Shown one piece after another: positions 18,914 to 27,090 of a stretch of 64,000 nt of DNA. A model generated the notes under the pieces. The model made no database searches. It saw nothing but the letters and a program-made list of their open reading frames with translations, and was not told where the DNA came from. Position 1 is the stretch's first letter. Each line of letters starts with the position of its first letter. The translations under genes and the position numbers were made by a program. The DNA is taken from the IMG/VR virus record IMGVR_UViG_3300029822_000001, positions 1 through 64,000 of that record. One strand, given 5' to 3'. The DNA is from a virus.

Positions 18914-19030
18914 GAGAAAGTAGCACAAAGGTAGTGCTGTAGGCCGTTGGCCTGTGTAGGTAGTATCTAGTTAGTACATTAGTTGTTAACAGTATAGGTA
19001 CTCATGAGGGTTCGACCCCCTCCTTTCTCT
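18914..19030 (+). tRNA. tRNA-like RNA (GTT/Asn anticodon position) with a roughly 50-nt variable arm
   Basis: Acceptor GAGAAAG/CTTTCTC, D stem GCAC/GTGC, T arm GAGGG-TTCGACC-CCCTC, non-canonical loop CCGTTGG. Confidence 0.6.
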
Positions 19031-19104
19031 ATTTGAGTAAATTGAGTAGGAGTGGTGCAAGTACTTTAATTAACTTATCGTAATCAGCTGGTAAATATGA
19101 AAAG

Positions 19105-19638
19105 GTGGTAAAAAAAATGTCTGATGTTCTTAAATCTAATGTTGAATATAATTATGGTAATTCCATCGAAGCAATGAATCAGATTTTAGCCGATGCGCAT
19201 GTACTTTGGGTTAAAACTCATCAAGCACATTGGTATATGATTAATTCTCGTAATGTGATGTCTGATTTCTTGATTTTACATGATTGGTTAGATAAGCCAC
19301 TTGATTTTCTTATTGATTTAATTGATGATGTTGCCGAAAGAATTGTTATGCTAAATGGTAAACCAGTAGCTACTTTAAAAAACTTTCTTGATTCAACTAC
19401 TCTACAAGAAGAGGATATCGACTACTTTGAGTATAGTTCAGATGAATTATTAAGTAGAACGGTTGCAGACTTCAAAGCATTTAGAGATGAATTATCCAAT
19501 GCCATTAAAATTATGGATAGTGAGGGAAACGTTTCGGATAGTAATAAGCTGCAAGATGATTTAAGTGAGACAAATAAATACATCTGGTTTATGCAGGCAA
19601 CTCTGGGAAGAACAACATTAAACAATAACTTTAACTAG
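19105..19638 (+). CDS. dps: Dps/ferritin-like DNA-protection protein
   Basis: KTHQAHWY, F..LH, D.VAERIV.L.G.P, K.IWF. Confidence 0.9.
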   Translation: MVKKMSDVLKSNVEYNYGNSIEAMNQILADAHVLWVKTHQAHWYMINSRNVMSDFLILHDWLDKPLDFLIDLIDDVAERIVMLNGKPVATLKNFLDSTTLQEEDIDYFEYSSDELLSRTVADFKAFRDELSNAIKIMDSEGNVSDSNKLQDDLSETNKYIWFMQATLGRTTLNNNFN

Positions 19639-19657
19639 TGTACACATATAAAATGTG

Positions 19658-19854
19658 TTGACAAGTTAGTACATTAGTGTTACTATTAAATTGTAATGAA
19701 AACCAAGCTGTCAATAAGTGATACTAAGTTGGCAACATCATGGGCCGGAACGGCCCTTAGTAAATAGCTGTAACCTATGCACGGAGTGCTAGACACTATA
19801 GTGTAAGTAAGTAGCGTTCCTATAAACTCGTTACTTTAGTGACGAGTGTTTCAC
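19658..19854 (+). ncRNA. Stand-alone omega-RNA cassette F abutting tRNA-Gly
   Basis: TTGACA(19658)-N17-TACTAT, GAAAACCAAG leader, scaffold, TTCAC at 19850-19854. Confidence 0.85.
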
Positions 19855-19925
19855 GCGGGTGTGGTGTAGTGGTAACATAGTTGTCTTCCAAACAACTGAC
19901 GCGAGTTCAATTCTCGTTACCCGCT
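19855..19925 (+). tRNA. tRNA-Gly(TCC)
   Basis: Canonical cloverleaf, loop CTTCCAA, T loop TTCAATT. Confidence 0.92.
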
Positions 19926-19999
19926 TGTAGCATAAATACAATAAGGCAAAACGTCGGTGTACTGTTCGCCATTAATGTCCTTTTATGGTACACCATTAT

Positions 20000-20071
20000 A
20001 CTCCTGTAGCTCATCGGTAGAGCGGCCTCCTTATAAGAGGCGGGTAGAATGGTCAGCACATTCCAGGAGTA
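20000..20071 (+). tRNA. tRNA-Ile(TAT)
   Basis: ACTCCTG/CAGGAGT acceptor, GCCTC-CTTATAA-GAGGC anticodon arm, atypical T loop GTCAGCA. Confidence 0.75.
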
Positions 20072-20073
20072 TT

Positions 20074-20221
20074 TCCTCCCATAAATAGGTAGTACTTAGA
20101 TTAAACAGGGTATAAGTACTATAAAAAGTGGCTACCGGGCGTGCTCACGTTAGAAGTATGTGTCCCTGTTCAAGACCTAGGAATGTAGCTATAAGCCGAA
20201 CTTATTGGGTTACTAGGCTTA
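20074..20221 (+). ncRNA. Unidentified pseudoknotted RNA, copy 2
   Basis: Same conserved blocks and stem topology as 18760-18911. Confidence 0.65.
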
Positions 20222-20225
20222 ATTT

Positions 20226-20311
20226 GGAAAGTTAACCATAATTGGTGTTGGAGCGGGTTGCTAACTCGTTGTACCCTCTGGGTATTGCAGGTTCAAGTCC
20301 TGTACTTTCCG
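20226..20311 (+). tRNA. tRNA-Ser(GCT)
   Basis: GGAAAGT/ACTTTCC acceptor, loop TTGCTAA, long variable arm, TTCAAGT T loop. Confidence 0.9.
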
Positions 20312-20422
20312 TATACATAGTACCTAGCTAAGAATAGACAATTTTGTCTATTCTTTTTATTTTGTAAAAAAGTGTTGACTAAGGAGTAAAAAGTGGTAGT
20401 ATTATAAGTATAAGAAAAGGAA

Positions 20423-20611
20423 GTGCTAGACATGAATACTGAAGATATTACAAAAATAGAATTACAAGCTAATCTTAAGATAATTATTAATCAACTTAAT
20501 GATACCTTTGAAGATGTTGACGATGAATGGGTTGCCCGGGGTAAAGTTAAGGATGACCTATTAGCTATTAAGGAATGTGTACAATACCTTAGAACGTTGA
20601 CAGATAAGTAA
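20423..20611 (+). CDS. Hypothetical protein
   Basis: ORF downstream of a TTGACT..TAGTAT promoter. Confidence 0.55.
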   Translation: MLDMNTEDITKIELQANLKIIINQLNDTFEDVDDEWVARGKVKDDLLAIKECVQYLRTLTDK

Positions 20612-20869
20612 CAGCTACTTACTATTCAGGAGGTAAATACACTGGATGTATATGTACTTGTTGCAAAAGAATTAAAGGTACCTGTAGGGATATTTAAAGA
20701 CAGAACAGAAGCTGATAAAGTAAAAGGTTACTTAGAAAATAATTACAGTAATTCTGTATCAGTACTTGTATACCCAATTCAGGATAAAAGTACTGAATGC
20801 GTTGAAGATTTAGTTACTCCCTACAAGTACAGGTAGTACTAGTTATGGTAATTAAGGAGGGGTAAACAA

Positions 20870-21229
20870 ATGAATATTGATGGATATGAGTTTAGTGTAC
20901 CAGAAATAGTACAAGGCAAGGTTGGAGATATGGTAGTACAACATTGTTTTACGGTTGACCATAGCGACCGATTAGAAAAGTACCTGCAAGATAAAGGGTA
21001 CCTAAAAGAAGATTGTACAGACAAAGAAGCTATGCAAGCCTTAAAGTGGTTCAACGATAGTGTACTATTCTTTCATCTTGGAGATGATATTTCTATAAAG
21101 TACTTGAAGGGTACTATGGGCATTGACTATTTAGGCTCAGATAGTGACAACTTGCAAAACCATTATCATCCTGCTCAGAAGCATATTTCATCAGTTGGTC
21201 AAGAAGAAGGAGTAACTAATAATGAATAA
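20870..21229 (+). CDS. Hypothetical protein
   Basis: AGGAGG RBS. Confidence 0.6.
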   Translation: MNIDGYEFSVPEIVQGKVGDMVVQHCFTVDHSDRLEKYLQDKGYLKEDCTDKEAMQALKWFNDSVLFFHLGDDISIKYLKGTMGIDYLGSDSDNLQNHYHPAQKHISSVGQEEGVTNNE

Positions 21230-21830
21230 TGAAGAAGTAGCACAAAAGTTAGTGGACCAGATTACAGAAGTTGAGGATTACCTAGATAATCTATTTTATT
21301 GGTTACAACATTGTACAGAAATTGATAACAAAGAATATCGAGAAGGTATGAATAAGGTAAAACAGCTGTTACAGGAATTGCAAGTGTTTGACCCAAGTGA
21401 TAACCAGCCGAAACATCCGAAGATTACCTTATCTGATTCAAAAGGTACTGTGTTAGGTACCAGTGAAAGTACTAAAGGTACTAAAAAGGATGCAGAGTAT
21501 CCTTCTATTACTTTGTACAATGGTGAAGGAGATACTATTGGTAGATGTGATAGTATCACTATTTTGTATGATGGTGAAGGAGATACTATGGGTAGATGTG
21601 ATAGTATCACAGGAGACGCAATATCAGGTGTGTACAACATTCTGTACCTACATGGAGTAGATTTTCATAAGGGTAAAAACATTGATGACCTTAAAAAAGT
21701 AGAGGTTACTTTATCTAGTACAGAATCAGAAGAATATTTGGTACTTACTTCTACGAAATTACCTGGTAGCGAAAATAGTTTTAGATGTACAACTTTGCCA
21801 CTTAATAGGGGAGTTGCATATAAACAATAG
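21222..21830 (+). CDS. Hypothetical protein with internal 17-aa tandem duplication
   Basis: LY(N/D)GEGDT(I/M)GRCDSIT occurs twice. Confidence 0.6.
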   Translation: MNNEEVAQKLVDQITEVEDYLDNLFYWLQHCTEIDNKEYREGMNKVKQLLQELQVFDPSDNQPKHPKITLSDSKGTVLGTSESTKGTKKDAEYPSITLYNGEGDTIGRCDSITILYDGEGDTMGRCDSITGDAISGVYNILYLHGVDFHKGKNIDDLKKVEVTLSSTESEEYLVLTSTKLPGSENSFRCTTLPLNRGVAYKQ

Positions 21831-21868
21831 TTTAAGAGACAAATTAAGAGATACCCTTTACAGGTACA

Positions 21869-22222
21869 ATGAGTTACCATATGCCTAGTGGGTACAAGGA
21901 GGAAGACATATTGACTAACGATATTACATGTGTAGAGTACTTTTTTAATAGCGAGGACAATAGTTTCTGTCCAGATACCATTAATTCCTTAGTTATTGAT
22001 GCAAGGAAAGATGGGCTAGTACCAGACTTCATAGAAGGTACCAAAAAGGACCTTAGACGCCTTATGTATAACCAAACAAGGGAAAGGTACCCTAAGGTAT
22101 TTGCAAGTGTTAATGGTCCCTTTAACCTAGTACAAACGTTAGACAGAGAAGAACCAACTATTATGGTTTCTTTCAAGCTTAAGAAGCATATGAAAGAAAA
22201 GGAAGGTAACAAATGTGAATAA
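21869..22222 (+). CDS. Hypothetical protein
   Basis: ORF within the operon. Confidence 0.55.
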   Translation: MSYHMPSGYKEEDILTNDITCVEYFFNSEDNSFCPDTINSLVIDARKDGLVPDFIEGTKKDLRRLMYNQTRERYPKVFASVNGPFNLVQTLDREEPTIMVSFKLKKHMKEKEGNKCE

Positions 22223-22443
22223 TAATGGATTAGGTAAGGGGTTAACTAACATCGGGGTACTAATGTTTGTGGCTTTCTTAGCTTGGAAAACAAACCACCT
22301 TTGGTGGGTGTTGCTGGCTTTGATTCTGTTGGATTAAAAGAGGGGACAAGGATACTACTTTGTGAAACAAAATAAAGGTTGACAAAGGTACCTAAAAGGC
22401 ATACAATAAAGGTACATTATAAATAGATAGGAGAGATATACAA

Positions 22444-22830
22444 ATGAGCGAAATAGACCCTGAGTACTACCATGGAACCAATGGTGGAGACCTTCGTACT
22501 AACTTACGAAACATCTTAACAAAGGAAGAGTACATTGGTGCAGCCAAGTTCAACATTTTCAAGTATACTAAACGGTTTGAAGGTAAAAACGGATTAACCG
22601 ACCTATACAAAGCTAAAGATTACTTAGAAGACTTGATTGATTACTATAAAAGTACTTCAGAAGGGAGGGGTGGTACCCCTGTGGTAGAAGAGTATACAGA
22701 AAAGAAACTAGCAGTTAATAGCACTGGTCAAGGAAAAGCTAATGACCATGTAGACCAACAAAAATTTGTTCCAAATAGGCATGATAAGCAGCACTCAAAG
22801 TCCCACCAGGAATATCTAAGTAATAAGTAA
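22444..22830 (+). CDS. DUF3310-like (T7 gp1.7-like nucleotide kinase family) protein
   Basis: P.YY, N..KY..R...KNG..DL.KA..YL. Confidence 0.8.
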   Translation: MSEIDPEYYHGTNGGDLRTNLRNILTKEEYIGAAKFNIFKYTKRFEGKNGLTDLYKAKDYLEDLIDYYKSTSEGRGGTPVVEEYTEKKLAVNSTGQGKANDHVDQQKFVPNRHDKQHSKSHQEYLSNK

Positions 22831-22843
22831 GGGAGGTATAACC

Positions 22844-23620
22844 GTGTTCAATAAAAAGTTGATTAAATTGGGGTTTGTATCCATAGCGGTACTGGGATTA
22901 AGTACAAAATTAAGTACCAATATTGTACAAGCAAGTACCACTAAAAACGTAGATATAACTACGGTTAATAAAAGTACTAAAAAGGTTGTTAGCAGAAAGA
23001 CTACAGTAACTGGACACAGGTCACTCGCTCAGGGTGTACCAGAACCCTTACCAAACGAAACTGGTGATTCCCTAGCTACACCAACATTAGGTATTAAGTA
23101 CATTACAACGTCAGTTACATACAACTATGCAACTGATGTATCAACACCATACAAAAAAGTGTACAAGAAGGCAATTAATACCTGGAACTATCAGTTAAAA
23201 CAAGCTGGTATTAACGTACAGTTTAAGTACCAAAAAGTTAATCCACAAGTAAGCTTAAATCAAGCATCGTTTATTCTTAATACTCCTCCTACTAGCGGTG
23301 ATACCTTTCTAGTTATTGGCTTGACTCAACAGTCATGGTACCACGTGGCTTTCCTGGATGATAGCTATCCTACTAGAAACTCTACTGTAACTTTATTTAG
23401 TGGTACTATGGCAGAAATTGGATTCACTACTAAACAGAAGGAAGAAGTTGCTACTCATGAGTTAGGACATGTACTAGGTTTAGGTCATAATACTGAGGTT
23501 ACTAATGATGTTATGCAGCCGGTATTGTTACCTAGTGTTAAGTATAAAATTACTTCACATGATTTAGCTAGTGTTAAGCAATTGTATGGTTTGAAAGGGG
23601 TAACCCATTATGGAAAATAA
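22844..23620 (+). CDS. Secreted matrixin-like zinc metalloprotease
   Basis: Signal peptide; HELGHVLGLGH plus Met-turn (VMQP). Confidence 0.88.
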   Translation: MFNKKLIKLGFVSIAVLGLSTKLSTNIVQASTTKNVDITTVNKSTKKVVSRKTTVTGHRSLAQGVPEPLPNETGDSLATPTLGIKYITTSVTYNYATDVSTPYKKVYKKAINTWNYQLKQAGINVQFKYQKVNPQVSLNQASFILNTPPTSGDTFLVIGLTQQSWYHVAFLDDSYPTRNSTVTLFSGTMAEIGFTTKQKEEVATHELGHVLGLGHNTEVTNDVMQPVLLPSVKYKITSHDLASVKQLYGLKGVTHYGK

Positions 23621-23867
23621 GATTGGGCTGGTTAACTACCAGGGACAAGAAGAGACTAAAGAGGTCAAAGGGTACAAAAAGAAAACATCTGAATTGGATA
23701 AGCCTAAGGTTAAGCCAGAAGTGTTTCTTTCAGACCAAGACCCGTTCTATAATGGTAATCCCACTAATGACCAGGGTGACGAGATTATTCCAGTTAAAGA
23801 CAAGTATCAAACGCAAGAGGAAAAGCTAGATAAAAGGCTAAGAGAAGCGCCTAAAAAGGTTAATTAG
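23610..23867 (+). CDS. Hypothetical protein
   Basis: Overlaps the previous stop; RBS present. Confidence 0.5.
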   Translation: MENKIGLVNYQGQEETKEVKGYKKKTSELDKPKVKPEVFLSDQDPFYNGNPTNDQGDEIIPVKDKYQTQEEKLDKRLREAPKKVN

Positions 23868-23878
23868 GGGGATACTAC

Positions 23879-24088
23879 ATGGCAGGTAAAGTTTGGATAG
23901 GTACTCTTACAGTAGATGGTAAAGAAGTACAGCGAGTTACTTCATCAGGTAAAGAGACTGTTTGCTTAGCAGTAGAAAGTGAAGTATATACTCGGTACAA
24001 TATTAGAACTTTACTGGGAGATAAAAATAAGTGGGAAAGTACTAGTTTACCTAACAAAGTTGTAGCAAAAGTTGAGTACAAGTACTAA
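23879..24088 (+). CDS. Hypothetical protein
   Basis: GGGGG RBS. Confidence 0.55.
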   Translation: MAGKVWIGTLTVDGKEVQRVTSSGKETVCLAVESEVYTRYNIRTLLGDKNKWESTSLPNKVVAKVEYKY

Positions 24089-24291
24089 GATAATAGTAGT
24101 TAAGATGGGCGGAAGCTAATTAGGGAGTGACCCAAGTACCAATATATCTAACCTGGAGAGGTTTAAAACTAACTAAGTCTGGAATGACACTAAACTATAC
24201 TAACGTTGGAAATTGAATGATACGTTTGGGAACTGACGTGCTACTCCAGTGTAGCTTCCGGCGTACATATATAGATAAGGAGCGAAGTACA

Positions 24292-24645
24292 ATGAATTTT
24301 TATAAGGTACAACAAGATATTAGTGATATGCTAGGTTTGAGTTTAAGTCCAGAAGGTAAAGATACCTTTAAAGTACTATCTGTTGATATGAATATGGATT
24401 TGGAAGATACGGATACCACAGCAGAACTAGTTGAAGTAACGTTTGGTGCTAAGGATATGAACGGTCTAAAGGAAGTACTAGAAGAGTTTAATGATAACCC
24501 ATATAAGGGCCATGTATACACGGTGTTATGCAAGGCTAATCGAGACACTCTTTCAAAGGATGCTACAGCTTCTTATACCGGTAAGCTATTATTCATGTAC
24601 AGTAAGAATTTGAAGGACAAGTACAAGCAGCTAGTAACTATTTAG
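24292..24645 (+). CDS. Hypothetical protein (start corrected from 24217)
   Basis: AAGGAG RBS precedes the ATG at 24292. Confidence 0.6.
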   Translation: MNFYKVQQDISDMLGLSLSPEGKDTFKVLSVDMNMDLEDTDTTAELVEVTFGAKDMNGLKEVLEEFNDNPYKGHVYTVLCKANRDTLSKDATASYTGKLLFMYSKNLKDKYKQLVTI

Positions 24646-24646
24646 T

Positions 24647-24677
24647 AAAAGGGTACCCTAATCAGGGTACCTTTTTT
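24647..24677 (+). terminator. Intrinsic terminator
   Basis: AAAAGGGTACCCT-AATC-AGGGTACCTTTTTT. Confidence 0.75.
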
Positions 24678-24998
24678 GTATTACTCATTGACTTTAGGCG
24701 TATTCAGTGCTAAGATACTAGTATAAACAGAAAGGAATTGACATGTAATGAAAATTGTAACTGCCTCAAGAAAACAAGAGGATGCAAAAGAAATGTAAAA
24801 GGCAGGAAATGTTATTTATGATGGTATTATATACTACCTTGTTGTAGAGAGGGACGAAGGATACACATTAATTAACTTGAATAATAATAGTGTGTTTATG
24901 GAACAAAGCTCATTATCTGCATTAGCAAATGCATGTTGGGATGCGGGTGATAGGCTTGTTGATGCAGAACTGACAATTATTGAATAGGAGGAAATACT

Positions 24999-25400
24999 AT
25001 GAAGTACATCTTAGCTTTTAGTAATGATGAGGGACATCTTAATTCAAGGTTGTTTGACACCTTAGAAGACGCAGATAATACAGCAAAGGACATGATTAAA
25101 GAGTACAATGAAAAAGGGTACACTTTCAATATCGAAGATGTTGTATCTGGGGAATCTGATGGTGAACATATTGATTATTTAACTGTTATCGCTGTTGAAT
25201 GCGGTGGGCTACCCGATTTCGGAGAACTAGTAGAAGATGGTATGAATGACTTTTACGTAGATGAAGGTGTTGATGATGACTTTTACTTTGAAAAGCAAGA
25301 CCGGGAAAAACTAAACAATATGATTACCAAGTTCATCAAGGAAAACGGCTATGATAGCAAATGGTACACTATTAAAGGGTACAAAGCAGTTACCTTATAG
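24999..25400 (+). CDS. Acidic hypothetical protein
   Basis: AGGAGG RBS. Confidence 0.6.
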   Translation: MKYILAFSNDEGHLNSRLFDTLEDADNTAKDMIKEYNEKGYTFNIEDVVSGESDGEHIDYLTVIAVECGGLPDFGELVEDGMNDFYVDEGVDDDFYFEKQDREKLNNMITKFIKENGYDSKWYTIKGYKAVTL

Positions 25401-25427
25401 ATAGCAAATTAAAAGGAGGACTCTATT

Positions 25428-25709
25428 TTGAGATTGAACTCTATTGAGTACAACTACGATGCCCAATTTGATATCCTAAGAGTATCAAACTTAGGGGTTA
25501 CTAGTGGAGGACCTGCTGGAGATTACTGTAGTTCTGGGGTGTACACAATTATCAATGAGTATGATGATACTACTTATGTTGAGATAGCTAATTTCAAAAA
25601 GCATTACTCTTTAGAGGAGTATAGTAAGTATATTGACAGTTTTGAGGTACTGAAGGTGTTACCAGAAGTGTACAAAAGAGTTCTAAAAGATGGCAAAAGC
25701 ATTGTGTAA
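25428..25709 (+). CDS. Hypothetical protein
   Basis: AGGAGG RBS. Confidence 0.55.
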   Translation: MRLNSIEYNYDAQFDILRVSNLGVTSGGPAGDYCSSGVYTIINEYDDTTYVEIANFKKHYSLEEYSKYIDSFEVLKVLPEVYKRVLKDGKSIV

Positions 25710-25779
25710 AGGTTGGGGTAGGATATGGAGACACTTAAATTAACGCGTAAGGAAGCACAGCTTAATGGACTAAAGAATT

Positions 25780-26223
25780 TTGAAATCCGGAATTGGTGGA
25801 GGCAGACAAATGAAATATCGCAAGACTGAGTTAATTGAAGCAGAACGGTTTGACGGTTCATACAAGATGAGGCGGAAGTATGGTATACGAAAATATATAC
25901 CAGTATTTAAAGCGGGACGCATTGATACCTTTCAAGGTGAAGTAGATGTGCATATCGGCGACTGGATAGCCACTAGTAGTGATGGGGAGCATTGGCCGAT
26001 AGCTGATGACATTTTCAAGAAGACGTATGCTAAGCTACCAGTTATTTCGAGAGTATGGGCAGATACGATTGAAGAATATAAAGCTAGTCATTACCGATTA
26101 AGCGAAATTTTCACTGAATGGGATTTGGGCTATGGTGGGCAAGAGGTGATTGCTCGTGCATGGTTAGACGGGTATCAAGTGGAGGAAGACAAATCAGGAG
26201 AATTAAAAAGCGGAGGTAAGTAA
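25780..26223 (+). CDS. Phage protein with DUF1642-like C-terminus
   Basis: MKYRK..IEA..FDG, GDWIAT..GEHW, QE..ARAWLDGY.VE; likely start at 25810. Confidence 0.65.
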   Translation: MKSGIGGGRQMKYRKTELIEAERFDGSYKMRRKYGIRKYIPVFKAGRIDTFQGEVDVHIGDWIATSSDGEHWPIADDIFKKTYAKLPVISRVWADTIEEYKASHYRLSEIFTEWDLGYGGQEVIARAWLDGYQVEEDKSGELKSGGK

Positions 26224-26227
26224 CGAT

Positions 26228-27073
26228 ATGAATATTGAGTTTAAAGTTGCTAATGGGTACCGTAAGGGTATGATACAGCTACCTAAGCGTATGACTTCTG
26301 GTAGCAATGGTTATGATTTTTATTCTTGTTCTACCCTACTGGTACCAAGTCACAATGAAGAACCTGTTTTTGTACCAACGGGAGTTACCGCTAGTTTTGA
26401 CCCAGATACGGTACTGCTATTATTTAACCGGTCAAGTAACCCATCTAAACGTGGATTGGTACTAGCTAATGGTGTTGGGGTAGTAGACAGTGACTACTAT
26501 CAAGCAGAACACAATGATATCCAAGGTATGTTTTACAACTTAAGTAACCAAGACTATGTTATTCATAGTGGTGACCGTATCATGCAAGGAATCTTTACAA
26601 AAACCCTATTAGCCTCTAATGGAGATACTTCAACAGATACCCGTGAAGGTGGTTTTGGTAGTACGGATGAAGGTAACCATTCTAAAGTAGTACAGGATTT
26701 GTTAAAAGCGTATAAGGAAGGTACAGGTCAAAAGGTTAGGGTACGTGGGGTACTAAACCAAGAAGACCTTCGAAATTTAGAAGGATTAGGATACCTAGTC
26801 AACCATGATTTTAATCTTGATGAAGATACGTATAATAATTTTTGGCTATCAAAGTTAGATACTTCTGGTACAGCGTATAGAGCTAATGTTGCTAAGTTGT
26901 TAGATGCCTATGCCTTTGGTGAAGGTTGTGCTGATTATGAATTAATGGGTATCTCTCCTATACGACATCATTTGCCAGCAGCAGATGTACGACAGCTGCA
27001 TGAATTAGGGTACAAGGTCATATATCAAGATGGACTGTCATATACTATGATATATTTAGATACTGATGGCTAA
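26228..27073 (+). CDS. dut: Trimeric dUTPase with C-terminal extension
   Basis: GYD, RSS, GVVDSDYY, RIMQG, REGGFGST motifs. Confidence 0.92.
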   Translation: MNIEFKVANGYRKGMIQLPKRMTSGSNGYDFYSCSTLLVPSHNEEPVFVPTGVTASFDPDTVLLLFNRSSNPSKRGLVLANGVGVVDSDYYQAEHNDIQGMFYNLSNQDYVIHSGDRIMQGIFTKTLLASNGDTSTDTREGGFGSTDEGNHSKVVQDLLKAYKEGTGQKVRVRGVLNQEDLRNLEGLGYLVNHDFNLDEDTYNNFWLSKLDTSGTAYRANVAKLLDAYAFGEGCADYELMGISPIRHHLPAADVRQLHELGYKVIYQDGLSYTMIYLDTDG

Positions 27074-27090
27074 TAAAAGGAGATAGTAGA

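Noticed and set aside
4846-19874. Self-targets within the window for guides A, B, E, F and G
   Set aside because: None noticed by eye other than their own loci (only guide D has a second perfect match); a computed search is still needed.
19941-19995. Theta/HDV-like ribozyme after tRNA-Gly
   Set aside because: Only a simple GGTGTAC/GTACACC hairpin is present; I could not build the nested double pseudoknot.
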